IMG/VR virus record: IMGVR_UViG_3300046665_000548
Location: 248,001 to 312,000 of that record
DNA: 64,000 bases
Strand: one strand, 5' to 3'
Each line of letters starts with the position of its first letter. Within the stretch, counting starts at the first letter, position 1. Position numbers and translations under genes: made by a program. The notes under the pieces are model-generated. The model saw nothing but the letters and a program-made list of their open reading frames with translations. It was not told the origin of the DNA and ran no database searches. This document shows positions 45,768 to 55,030 of this stretch, in pieces.

Positions 45768-46925
45768 TTGAAAATCGCCGTCATCGGTGCGGGAATTACG
45801 GGCGTAACGACCGCTTATTCACTGGCTCGCAGAGGATGCGAGGTTACTGTTTACGACAAGCACGACTATGCGGGAATGCAAACATCTTTTGCTAACGGCG
45901 GTCAGTTCAGTGTCAGCAATAGCGAGGTGTGGACGACTTGGGGGAACGTCAGAAAGGGAGCCAAATGGCTGCTAAAGAAAGACGCTCCTCTTTTGATCCG
46001 TCCTACCCCGTCATGGTCAAAACTCAAATGGCTTGGCGAGTTCCTGTGGAACACCGCCACCGGCCGATATGAGGCAGACACCCAAGAGACGATCACTTTG
46101 GGTCTGCGAGCGCGCGAACTCTACCAGGACATTGCGCGGCAAGAGGGATTGCAGTTCGACCTCGTTCGAAAGGGCATCCTTCATTTCTATCGTGACGAGA
46201 CCTATTTCGAAGCGGCCAAACATGCCGTGGATACCGTCTACAAGGGCCTAGAACGGCGCGTGGTGAGCCGGTACGAAATAGAACGTATTGAGCCGTCTCT
46301 GAACACTGAGGGCATTATTGGTGGCGTCTACACGCCTGACGATATGAGCGGCGACACTCACAAGCTATGCACGGAATTGCGTACGCGACTTGCAGAACAT
46401 TACGGAGTTGAGTTTCATTTCGGGCATGAACTGACCGAACAGCAATTGATCAATGTTGGTAATCGACATGATCACGTCGTGATCTGTGCTGGCGTGGATA
46501 GCGCCCGTCTGTCGAAGGCGATTGGCGACCCACTGAACATCTATCCCGTTAAAGGATACAGCATCAGCATTCCAACACGGTCTGCTTCGCACTTGAGCTT
46601 CCTGGATGATCAGGCCAAGATTGTTTGTTCTCATCTTGGGGATCGTGTTCGCGTGGCTGGAACGGCGGAGCTTGATGGACTTAACTACGACATCCGCATG
46701 GACCGCATCGCTCCTCTTCTGAACTGGGCCAAATTTAACCTCAAGACATCAACCGAACATGCGGTGCCGTGGGCGGGTCTACGTCCGATGACGCCAAGCT
46801 TGCTGCCGGTCGTGCGCAAGGCAAAGGCGGACCGTTTCTGGTTCAATACCGGTCACGGTCACCTCGGACTGACGCTCAGCGCGGCTACTGCTGAAATCAT
46901 TGCGGAGCAGATCACGGGGCTATAG
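45768..46925 (+). CDS. dadA: D-amino acid dehydrogenase (FAD)
   Basis: GAGITG, TSFANGGQFSVS, IYPVKGYS, WAGLRPMTP, NTGHGHLGLT. Confidence 0.9.
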   Translation: MKIAVIGAGITGVTTAYSLARRGCEVTVYDKHDYAGMQTSFANGGQFSVSNSEVWTTWGNVRKGAKWLLKKDAPLLIRPTPSWSKLKWLGEFLWNTATGRYEADTQETITLGLRARELYQDIARQEGLQFDLVRKGILHFYRDETYFEAAKHAVDTVYKGLERRVVSRYEIERIEPSLNTEGIIGGVYTPDDMSGDTHKLCTELRTRLAEHYGVEFHFGHELTEQQLINVGNRHDHVVICAGVDSARLSKAIGDPLNIYPVKGYSISIPTRSASHLSFLDDQAKIVCSHLGDRVRVAGTAELDGLNYDIRMDRIAPLLNWAKFNLKTSTEHAVPWAGLRPMTPSLLPVVRKAKADRFWFNTGHGHLGLTLSAATAEIIAEQITGL

Positions 46926-46994
46926 TGGAGTTGCGAAGTTCCACTGACTGCGATATTACGCGATCAAGTAATCGCATCTAGGAGAACCAGTTCA

Positions 46995-47501
46995 ATGGCT
47001 CTGAGACTAGGCACCAACCTTTATCAGGATTGGGCAAACGCATCTACTTTACTGGAATCCGGTAAGGAATTCGACATGGAGAAAACGATTTTCCTAACCG
47101 GTTTCAAGATCGAGAGCGAGATTGTCGGTTACCATTTCCAGATTTGGAAAAGGTGTTACCCGGACGTTCTAGACTATGCCTTCATCACAAGCTGCACCCC
47201 CGTGCAACCTCGTCTTACGTTCAACTCCGAAGAATCCAAGGATGCGTTTCTCCATTGGTGGGACGATCTGGACCGTCATTTTCCCGAGGGCTTCAAAAAA
47301 GAGATGCATATCTACCCGACCCTGCCTCACAACAAGGTTGTTAACGGTACTATTGTGCCGTGTATGGACAAAAATAAGGCTTGGGCATGGATAGTCACGA
47401 AATGCAAGGGATTCGTGTGGTTCATTGATAATCGCCTGTTATTCGAAAGCGATTCGGACGTTGTGATGTACAAGATGGATTTCTTGCAACCAGAAGATTG
47501 A
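46995..47501 (+). CDS. hypothetical protein, paralog family (two modules)
   Basis: LTFNSEESKDAF and LLFESDSDVVMYKM. Confidence 0.7.
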   Translation: MALRLGTNLYQDWANASTLLESGKEFDMEKTIFLTGFKIESEIVGYHFQIWKRCYPDVLDYAFITSCTPVQPRLTFNSEESKDAFLHWWDDLDRHFPEGFKKEMHIYPTLPHNKVVNGTIVPCMDKNKAWAWIVTKCKGFVWFIDNRLLFESDSDVVMYKMDFLQPED

Positions 47502-47531
47502 CGGACAGCGATTTTCTGGTATTCTGGTTCA

Positions 47532-48137
47532 ATGGACAAGTTTGCAAAGCGACGCGTCAGTCTCCGTTACTGGCTTCTCGGGAAGGGCTATTTGAAGGCC
47601 CTTCAAGCGATGGAGTTCGCGGCCGAGTACCACAAGGGCACCCGCAAGGACGGGGTGACGCCGGAATTCGATCATCAAATCAGCATCGCCCATTACGTTA
47701 GGACGCTCCTGCCGTCTTTAGAATTCGCTGAGGAAACGCTATGCGTGATTTTCCTCCACGATGTGTCCGAGGACTATCATGTCTCGCGGGAAGAGATCGA
47801 GCGTCGGTTCGGCACGAGGGTAGCCGATGCGGTGTGGCGGATGACCAAGACCTGGAGGGGCGACAAGAAGGACGAAGCCCGTCTGTTCGAGGAAATGGCT
47901 GAATGCCCGCTGTCGTCAATCGCGAAGGGTGCGGATCGTATCCATAACCTGCAATCGATGGTCGGCGTCTTCACGCCTGCGAAGCAGAAGACCTACATGG
48001 GCGAGGTTACGGACCTTTTCCTGCCGATGCTCAAGAAGGCTCGCAAGTTGTTTCCGCAACAGGAAGCCGCCTACGAGAACATCAAGCACATGCTCACGAG
48101 CCAGCTTGAGCTTTTCGAAGCGATCCACGCCTCTTAA
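47532..48137 (+). CDS. HD-domain (p)ppGpp hydrolase-like protein (small alarmone hydrolase type)
   Basis: H-x3-RKDG-x2-P...H...LHDVSED...AKGADRIHNL; no synthetase domain. Confidence 0.8.
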   Translation: MDKFAKRRVSLRYWLLGKGYLKALQAMEFAAEYHKGTRKDGVTPEFDHQISIAHYVRTLLPSLEFAEETLCVIFLHDVSEDYHVSREEIERRFGTRVADAVWRMTKTWRGDKKDEARLFEEMAECPLSSIAKGADRIHNLQSMVGVFTPAKQKTYMGEVTDLFLPMLKKARKLFPQQEAAYENIKHMLTSQLELFEAIHAS

Positions 48138-48175
48138 TATTGAAGGCGTGGAACGACTCCTGATACGCAAGATGG

Positions 48176-48784
48176 ATGTACTCTCATCCATTTCCCCACG
48201 ATAAACTTACTAAACTTCAACGGAAACTTTACCACGGCAAACTTAGCGATCACCGCGTTGCGCAAGTCGGCGCTGATGATTTTCTCGTCCTAGAGGGCGT
48301 ATACGACAAGGATCAGCACTGGCTATCGTTTATGACCGGGGCGCTATTCCTTACTGGTAAGGAAGACTATTCGCAAATTGACCGCGAGCTTTTTAGGGGT
48401 TTTCGCGGGTATAGGCATGACATCTATCGGTATAGAGTTCGGCAGGCTATCGCGGCTCCAGTTAAGGTAGAGAAAGAATATCGCAAGCTCGTAAATTACG
48501 ACATACCGGAGCAATTACCTCTTCCGTTCTATGAAGCCCGCAAACTGACCGCTACGGAATTCAAGATTCTTCAAGACAATGGCTTTCCAGGTTTTGATAG
48601 AGACGAGAACGGAAAAATCTTCAAGTTCAAGGTGAAGATGGCTGGCTGGAAGCTCAGAGGTGAGCGGAAGGATGCGCGTGAATGGTGTGAGGAAATGTGT
48701 CACGGAAGATATTACGTGACGACGACATACGCGTATTTCGCACTCGCTCATGACGCGCTATTGGCGAAGCTGGCGTTCGGCTGA
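48176..48784 (+). CDS. hypothetical protein, paralog family
   Basis: AYFALAHDALLAKLAFG. Confidence 0.7.
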   Translation: MYSHPFPHDKLTKLQRKLYHGKLSDHRVAQVGADDFLVLEGVYDKDQHWLSFMTGALFLTGKEDYSQIDRELFRGFRGYRHDIYRYRVRQAIAAPVKVEKEYRKLVNYDIPEQLPLPFYEARKLTATEFKILQDNGFPGFDRDENGKIFKFKVKMAGWKLRGERKDAREWCEEMCHGRYYVTTTYAYFALAHDALLAKLAFG

Positions 48785-49161
48785 TGGGATTGCACGGGTG
48801 GAAGCGGAGAAAACGTCTCCCATACACATCGGAAGCTGAAACCAAACGGCTGATCGACCAGTTCGATGAGACCAAGGTTCGGCGTCTTCCTGAGGCAACC
48901 AGACCGCGAACGTATTTAGAGGCACAGGAGTTCTACAAGAGTTTCGAATGGCAAACATGTCGAATAGATTTTTTGAGAGGGAAAGATCGTATTTGCGCCG
49001 ATTGCAAAGTAGATATGACGTATTCGCCTCAATTGGTGAACGTTGACCACAAGTACCCTCTCAGGCTATTCTGGAACAATCGTGTAGATCACAGCAATCT
49101 TCAAATACTGTGCTGTGATTGCAACGAGAAAAAAGGTAATCAGGTTCGGCTTCTATTATGA
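48784..49161 (+). CDS. HNH endonuclease
   Basis: CADC...NVDHKYPL...NLQILCCDCNEKKG. Confidence 0.88.
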   Translation: MGLHGWKRRKRLPYTSEAETKRLIDQFDETKVRRLPEATRPRTYLEAQEFYKSFEWQTCRIDFLRGKDRICADCKVDMTYSPQLVNVDHKYPLRLFWNNRVDHSNLQILCCDCNEKKGNQVRLLL

Positions 49162-49604
49162 GTGATTGGTTCAAGACAACTGGAGTCATCCGATACGACC
49201 CGCCGCGCGGCAATATGAAGAACCGCGTCAAATGGTGGTGCGTGATCGATGCTGATGACGAGATCGCCCGGTACGCTCGTTACTGGGTGGACAAGCACGT
49301 CTTGAACCCACTGCATCTGCCCGCTAAGGGTCTCTGTCATCCCGCGTGGGGCGCTCACGTGTCCATCGTGCGGGGAGAGCATCCGCCTGCCGGTACCGAA
49401 CACTTATGGCGTCAACACGAGGGTAAGCGGGTCGAGTTCGAGTATTCGAACGAGGTCATCCAGACGGGCCAGAATCCGGACAAACCTCGTCCGGATCATT
49501 TCTGGTTTCTGCCTATCCGTTGTGATTTGGCGCTCGATATCCGCAAGGACTTCGGGCTATACACCAGCTATACCCTGCACATGACGATTGGGCGAACCTA
49601 CTAA
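49158..49604 (+). CDS. 2H phosphoesterase-family protein
   Basis: Two Hx(S/T) motifs: AHVSIVR and LHMTIG. Confidence 0.7.
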   Translation: MSDWFKTTGVIRYDPPRGNMKNRVKWWCVIDADDEIARYARYWVDKHVLNPLHLPAKGLCHPAWGAHVSIVRGEHPPAGTEHLWRQHEGKRVEFEYSNEVIQTGQNPDKPRPDHFWFLPIRCDLALDIRKDFGLYTSYTLHMTIGRTY

Positions 49605-49635
49605 GGAGGATTGCGTGGCGGAGCGTACGTTGACA

Positions 49636-49815
49636 ATGACCGATTACGAAGAGTTTGACGAAGGTCATGAAAACAAACTGCTGAAAGCGCTCGCGCAACA
49701 GCAGAGTCTGAACAAGACCCAGTTGTACAACGCCGACCCAAATTGCACCCACAACGTGGTAGCGAAATGGAGCGGTGTTGAGTGCACCAAATGTCCTGGA
49801 TGGTTCTGTTACTAG
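49636..49815 (+). CDS. small Cys-containing protein
   Basis: CTH...VECTKCPGWFCY. Confidence 0.6.
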   Translation: MTDYEEFDEGHENKLLKALAQQQSLNKTQLYNADPNCTHNVVAKWSGVECTKCPGWFCY

Positions 49816-50372
49816 CGTTGTTGCTTTGCACCGGGCGGCAGGATCAATTCGCCCGCTCGGTGTTTTTCTAACGCGGTCTCATACTTGTCCGTATAGTTGC
49901 TCAAGAACAAGCTCACACGTGGTTTTGTGTTTGCTGGTACGCTGTGTATGTGTTGCGCGTGAATCAGCGTTGGGTGAGACGGCGAGTAGGTGTGCTGCAC
50001 GACCGGATTGAGATCATCGTCGTGCCAAATGATTGGCTGCGGGTCTTCGCTAAGGTCGAAGACTAGCGCCATCTGCCGACCGCAATCGGCATCCCTGTGA
50101 GGATGCCAAGAGAAGCCGACAGGAGATTTTACAAACAGCGAGTGCGCCGAATACAGACGTATGTTGAAGCGAGAAGCTAATTCTCTGACGTACGGGTGTT
50201 CGTAGTACAGCATTCGAGCTTTGATATTCTGACGCCAATTGTGTTCCCCGTCGATCAAGTCCTCTCGTTGCCAATGATCCCAGCGGTATTCCCGCAGGAT
50301 ATCAAGCAGCCGTTCCCGGTCAAAAGTAATCTCCGGAAACTCAAGAAAGTATTCGTCGGGGTTCACTGTCAC
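49812..50372 (-). CDS. 2OG-Fe(II) oxygenase-like protein
   Basis: WHPHRD...IHAQHIHSV...PRVSL. Confidence 0.6.
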   Translation of the reverse strand: MTVNPDEYFLEFPEITFDRERLLDILREYRWDHWQREDLIDGEHNWRQNIKARMLYYEHPYVRELASRFNIRLYSAHSLFVKSPVGFSWHPHRDADCGRQMALVFDLSEDPQPIIWHDDDLNPVVQHTYSPSHPTLIHAQHIHSVPANTKPRVSLFLSNYTDKYETALEKHRAGELILPPGAKQQR

Positions 50373-51118
50373 TTACGAATTGTCCACATGTCGTCGGCAA
50401 GGTTAGGGTTCGTGACATAATCGAACGGCATGGTGAAGTAGCCCTTCTGGCCCCAAGCATCACCCCAACTATTTCGAACTATGAAACGCTTGCTTGGCAT
50501 GTCGTAACCGACCGCACATACTGCATGACCGCCAAGCATCTTTTCAGTCTTCGCAGGCATATTTAGGATGCCAGTTTTCGCCACAGCATCGCTTTCGAAC
50601 GCATCGTAGACGGAGAACCCGAACACGAACGGGAAACCATCAGCGAGACACTGGAGAGCCGAAGCGAGATCGGTGATACGGAGATAGGTCGTGATCTTGT
50701 TCTTCAATCCATCAGTGTAGCACTTCTTCACCGGTTTGGTTTTGAACTTGCTGATCGTGTACGGCCACTCCGCTTCAGAGCACGCGCCCTGAGTTGCCAG
50801 GGTCTTCACGCCATCACGAATCTCAGCACCAGCGTCGGTCTTTGTTGTGCCTTCGATGAGACGTTCGTTATAGTAGATGAACAGGCGAGAGAAAGTGGTC
50901 TGATCGTTCAACAACTTCATATGCATGAATTGAAGAGCGCCGCCAAGAGCATTGGCTGTGCAGCTACCAAGCTGTCCCTGATCGTAGACCGGTCCGAAAT
51001 GCGGACGAAGATCAACAGATTGCGGCTGAGCAGAAGTTGCATGTACTGTGTAGTGATCAAGAAATGCGTAGTCACGGTGGTCTGGCTTATCTGGACGCCA
51101 AGTATAGAGCTTAGACAT
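50369..51118 (-). CDS. papain-like (C1A) cysteine protease
   Basis: DQGQLGSCTAN, GGHAV, RNSWG; TAAATA at 51162-51167, GGAGG SD. Confidence 0.92.
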   Translation of the reverse strand: MSKLYTWRPDKPDHRDYAFLDHYTVHATSAQPQSVDLRPHFGPVYDQGQLGSCTANALGGALQFMHMKLLNDQTTFSRLFIYYNERLIEGTTKTDAGAEIRDGVKTLATQGACSEAEWPYTISKFKTKPVKKCYTDGLKNKITTYLRITDLASALQCLADGFPFVFGFSVYDAFESDAVAKTGILNMPAKTEKMLGGHAVCAVGYDMPSKRFIVRNSWGDAWGQKGYFTMPFDYVTNPNLADDMWTIRK

Positions 51119-51216
51119 AATAGTCCTCCATGGTGCGTTGTTTTGTCGCAGCACCGACGAATATTTACGGAGGAGTTGGATTGATTTACTCTGCCCTTTA
51201 ACGAGGTATTTCATAA

Positions 51217-52347
51217 ATGCGTTTTGCTATTATCGATGTTGCAAATCTTTTTCACCGATGCCAGCACGTCACCCACGGTGATGCGTTCACCAAATCCGGC
51301 ATGGCACTCCACATCATCTTCCGAAGCTTGAAGAAGTTGCATCGAGAGATGAAGGCTGATCATTTTGTCTTCTGCTCAGAGGGACGCTCTTGGCGCTTTG
51401 ACGTGTATCCGCAGTACAAAGCGGCTCGTCGTGTAGCTCGCCTGGATCAGACCGCGCGCGAGAAAGAAGAGAGCGAGATTTTCTTCGAAACTCTCAACAA
51501 GACAATCGACTATCTTGCCGAGAAAACGCGCTGCACTGTTCTTCAGAGCCAGGGCGTAGAGGCGGACGATTTCATTGCACGATGGATTCAGCTTCATCCG
51601 GATGATGAGCATGTGATCCTGTCCGGAGACTCCGATTTCATCCAGCTAATCAGCCCGACAGTATCGATCATGGACGGCGTGAATGAGCGCATGATTACCG
51701 ACAAAGGTGTGTTTGACAATAAGGGCCAGGAGTTGGTGTTCAGTGTTGACGCGGCGAAGGGCAAGCTGAAGGTCAAAGACACGATTGCGAAAGAGAAGAA
51801 GAAGCACGACACGGCCGAGAAGGATAAGAAGAAGATCGATCCTAACTATGAGCCGGTCCCGTTCAAGTATGAAGTTGAACCGGAATGGTGGAAGCGAGCA
51901 CTGTTCGTGAAGATCGTGCGCGGCGACGTTGGTGATGGCATCTTTCCGGCATATCCGGGTGTGCGTTACGAGGGTTCGTCTAAGAAGACCGGCATCCGAG
52001 AAGCTTGGGAAGATCGCAAAGAAGGCGGCTTCAACTGGAACAACTTTATGCTCCAGAAGTGGGAGAAGATCGCTGGCATGTCGGAGAACGGTGAGCCGAT
52101 CAAGAAAGAGGTTCTGGTCATGGATGAGTTCAAATTCAATGAACTCTTGATCGACCTCACAAAGCAGCCCGAAGAGATTAAAGAACTGATGGACACTGTT
52201 ATCGTCCAGGCTGTTCAGAAAGAACCCGTTTCGGGCGTAGGTATTCATTTTCTAAGGTTCTGTGCCGAGCATTCACTCGCAAACCTCACGAAGGAAGCAA
52301 CAGATCATGCGGCCTATCTCAACCGGGGTTACGCAGACAGCAAATGA
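51217..52347 (+). CDS. RNase H / 5'-3' exonuclease (T4 rnh-like)
   Basis: IDVAN...EADDFIA...SGDSDFIQL...GDVGDGI FEN-family acidic motifs. Confidence 0.88.
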   Translation: MRFAIIDVANLFHRCQHVTHGDAFTKSGMALHIIFRSLKKLHREMKADHFVFCSEGRSWRFDVYPQYKAARRVARLDQTAREKEESEIFFETLNKTIDYLAEKTRCTVLQSQGVEADDFIARWIQLHPDDEHVILSGDSDFIQLISPTVSIMDGVNERMITDKGVFDNKGQELVFSVDAAKGKLKVKDTIAKEKKKHDTAEKDKKKIDPNYEPVPFKYEVEPEWWKRALFVKIVRGDVGDGIFPAYPGVRYEGSSKKTGIREAWEDRKEGGFNWNNFMLQKWEKIAGMSENGEPIKKEVLVMDEFKFNELLIDLTKQPEEIKELMDTVIVQAVQKEPVSGVGIHFLRFCAEHSLANLTKEATDHAAYLNRGYADSK

Positions 52348-53126
52348 ATACGACGACATTCAATTTATTGAGTAAGCTTCTTGGGAGACCAGTGAAAAAT
52401 ATTCCGACAAACAATCCAGTCAAAATGCAGTCTCCTATCAACGGTGTAGCTGGACAGATTCCACCAACAGTAGGCCAATATGGCGTAATGGCACAGCAAC
52501 CAACATATCAAATTGTTAATGGTGGTGGGCTCGTGGGTGGCATTGCTCCGAATTTCGGCAATGGTGCAGGTAGTATATCTGTTTCGGGCACGATGAAATC
52601 AGACCCCGACTCCGCCATTACTGGCGTGCCAGCCGTTTATCGGATGTCGTTAGGTGATCGGAACGATGAGGAGGCCGAATCTTACTACGGCGACGATTTC
52701 AAACTCGAAGACGAGATTTTCTTAACTACCTTTGACATTAACGTTGGCAAGAATGAATTTCATTTCCTCGTATGGAAGGCCATCTGGGGTGAGACGACTC
52801 GCGACTACGGCTTCGTCATGTTGATGCCGAAACAAACGCTTCTTGCATTCACGAGCCGCGAGTCGCGAGATCAGTTCGTGTCTTGGTTTGAAGCGTATCA
52901 ACAGCGCTATCCGGACCGCAACACAAAGGATTGGCGCGTACCATCGATCCGTCAGGGCCGCACAGGTGGATGTTTTGCTGATCGCAAACCACTCTCCGAA
53001 GCAGAGGTCGTTAAGATATGGGCATGGATCATCGGACACTGCGCTGGTTCTGCCGCGTTCCTTCCGAACTTTATCTTGTTCGACAATGAGAACGACGCGG
53101 TTGCTTATCGCTTAAGATGGGGATGA
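52344..53126 (+). CDS. hypothetical protein, paralog family
   Basis: ILFDNENDAVAYRLRWG; low-complexity N-terminus. Confidence 0.7.
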   Translation: MNTTTFNLLSKLLGRPVKNIPTNNPVKMQSPINGVAGQIPPTVGQYGVMAQQPTYQIVNGGGLVGGIAPNFGNGAGSISVSGTMKSDPDSAITGVPAVYRMSLGDRNDEEAESYYGDDFKLEDEIFLTTFDINVGKNEFHFLVWKAIWGETTRDYGFVMLMPKQTLLAFTSRESRDQFVSWFEAYQQRYPDRNTKDWRVPSIRQGRTGGCFADRKPLSEAEVVKIWAWIIGHCAGSAAFLPNFILFDNENDAVAYRLRWG

Positions 53127-53172
53127 CTGGGCCTAAATACCGAATAATGATTCAATATTGGAGGAAACAACA

Positions 53173-53640
53173 ATGAAGAAAATCATTTCTGTCACGTCAG
53201 CCATCGCTCTTCTTATGTTCGTGTTTTTCGGACTTGCCGCGATATTCAGCGAATTTTCTCGCGCCTATCACAATTCGGTAAGCGTTGTTGAGGTGCAAAA
53301 CCCGCCCTATGTGCACAACGGTAATGGTCAAGATAGCCCTGTTCTAAAACCAGGAGACACGTACTTTCTGCACCTCGAAGTTATGATGAAAGCAGAGTGC
53401 CGAGTAGAGACACAGAACAAAATTGAGCGTCGGGAGGAAGGCATGACCGGCGCAATTATGTACAACTACCCGTTCATCAAAGGCATGATCAAAAACGGTC
53501 CGCGCGAGCTAGACGAAATATTCGAGGTACCATCCAAGCTACCGCCAGGAAAGTACGCGCACGTCCGAATTTCTATGTTCTATTGCAATGGTTTCGAGTG
53601 GTCGATGCAGTATCCTGACGCAAGGTTCAACATCCAATAG
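53173..53640 (+). CDS. membrane-anchored hypothetical protein
   Basis: N-terminal TM segment; TAAATA at 53134, GGAGG SD. Confidence 0.75.
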   Translation: MKKIISVTSAIALLMFVFFGLAAIFSEFSRAYHNSVSVVEVQNPPYVHNGNGQDSPVLKPGDTYFLHLEVMMKAECRVETQNKIERREEGMTGAIMYNYPFIKGMIKNGPRELDEIFEVPSKLPPGKYAHVRISMFYCNGFEWSMQYPDARFNIQ

Positions 53641-53681
53641 CCTTGACCAAAAAACGGTCAGTGAGTAAATACATCAAAGCA

Positions 53682-53768
53682 GGAGAGGTGGCTGAGAGGC
53701 CGAAAGCACCCGGTTGCTAACTGGGCGAGCCCGAAAGGGCTCCGTGGGTTCGAATCCCACCTTCTCCG
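53682..53768 (+). tRNA. tRNA-Ser(GCT), no CCA
   Basis: CCCGG-TTGCTAA-CTGGG, long variable arm, GTGGGTTCGAATCCCAC; TAAATA at 53666. Confidence 0.93.
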
Positions 53769-53803
53769 CTTTTCATATATTTTTAGATGTTGCAGGTGAT
53801 GTA

Positions 53804-54394
53804 TTGCCAAAGGCCAAAGACCGACCACTTGTGTGGTACATTCACGGCGCGAACTCGTCGCCTGTAAGCTTCAGGTACATTCGCCCCAAGCTAGTGGATC
53901 ACGAGCATTTCGAAGCAAAATACTTCGCCAATACTCCTGTGCGTGCAATCATTGATCGCCTCGTTGAAGAAGCCCAGAGCGAAACTCGCCCAATAAACAT
54001 CGTCAGTCATAGTTTGGGTGGCGTGATAGCGGTTTCAATCTCCCACCGCGTTCCGATTCGCAAGATCGTCACCATGGGTACTCCATTCGGCGGCAGCCGC
54101 GCGGCGAGCTTTCTGCGCTGGTTCACCCCTAACCAGTTGTTCAACGATATCCATCCTACCAGCGGCCCCATATCAGACATGCGCCGCAAGCCTCTCTCGT
54201 GCCCCGTGATGAGCCTCGTCAGTACAGAGGGGAACAACCCCTTCCTGATAGAGGACAACGATGGTGTGGTCACGGTGGCCTCGCAATTGGCACTGGAAGG
54301 CCCGACCTACGTGCAAATCCCCACCAATCATTTCGAAATGTTGCTCCACGAAGAAGCGACCGGTCTAATCAACGGGTTTCTTTTCGACAAATAG
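53804..54394 (+). CDS. alpha/beta hydrolase (lipase/esterase-like)
   Basis: IHGA, SHSLGG nucleophile elbow, DGVV, NHFEML; TTG start assumed. Confidence 0.85.
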   Translation: MPKAKDRPLVWYIHGANSSPVSFRYIRPKLVDHEHFEAKYFANTPVRAIIDRLVEEAQSETRPINIVSHSLGGVIAVSISHRVPIRKIVTMGTPFGGSRAASFLRWFTPNQLFNDIHPTSGPISDMRRKPLSCPVMSLVSTEGNNPFLIEDNDGVVTVASQLALEGPTYVQIPTNHFEMLLHEEATGLINGFLFDK

Positions 54395-54456
54395 GTGTTG
54401 ACTCAGGTGAGTCAGGTGACTATGTAAGGGTCGTTATCAACCCCGTGGAGTTAACC

Positions 54457-54774
54457 ATGTCTGATCTAACCGCACTGCTGGCCGACCTGGAGGCGAGCAA
54501 AGCTCGTACCGAGTCCGCCATTTCCACAGTCAAGGCGATGCTGGCCGCACAGGGCCGCGCGCAGGCCGTCTCCGCGCTTGCCGAAGGCGACCGGAACGAC
54601 TTGAACTGGAAGAATTCCGCTGGAAAGCTGACGGCCGTTGGCGTTGCATACTTGGAGAAGCGGGCCAGTGAAGGCGCTACCGCCTACGCTCTGTGTAAGG
54701 AGATGTCGATCTCCTACGCCTCTGCCGAGCGCCGCGTCGCCCGTTTCAAGCTCGCTCAGCATGGGGTCGCATAA
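54457..54774 (+). CDS. HTH-like DNA-binding protein
   Basis: GATAYALCKEMSISYASAERR; GGAG SD. Confidence 0.6.
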   Translation: MSDLTALLADLEASKARTESAISTVKAMLAAQGRAQAVSALAEGDRNDLNWKNSAGKLTAVGVAYLEKRASEGATAYALCKEMSISYASAERRVARFKLAQHGVA

Positions 54775-54775
54775 C

Positions 54776-54964
54776 ATGCAGACCTCCAACCCGAACTGGT
54801 TCAAACCCGGTCCGTCTCACCACCTTTCCGAACTCGGCGTGTCAATCTTTGAAGCGCTCGCCAAATCCGGATGGGGCATGACCGCTATCGCTCGCTTCAT
54901 GCAGATCACAACGAGTGCCGTACATCGTCGCCTATCTCTCCTACGACGTGCTGGCGCGATCTAA
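54776..54964 (+). CDS. HTH-like DNA-binding protein (paralog of the previous gene)
   Basis: GWGMTAIARFMQITTSAVHRR. Confidence 0.65.
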   Translation: MQTSNPNWFKPGPSHHLSELGVSIFEALAKSGWGMTAIARFMQITTSAVHRRLSLLRRAGAI

Positions 54965-54970
54965 GTAAAG

Positions 54971-54995
54971 AGCCCGGTATAGTGCCGGGCTTTTT
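54971..54995 (+). terminator. intrinsic terminator, followed by TTGACA-N16-TATGTT
   Basis: AGCCCGG...CCGGGCT-TTTT. Confidence 0.75.
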
Positions 54996-55030
54996 CTTGA
55001 CAAAATCAGTATAGATGGTATGTTCCGGGT

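Noticed and set aside
42669-49161. HNH genes as intron-borne homing endonucleases
   Set aside because: Both are free-standing between intact genes, and the polymerase and ligase are uninterrupted
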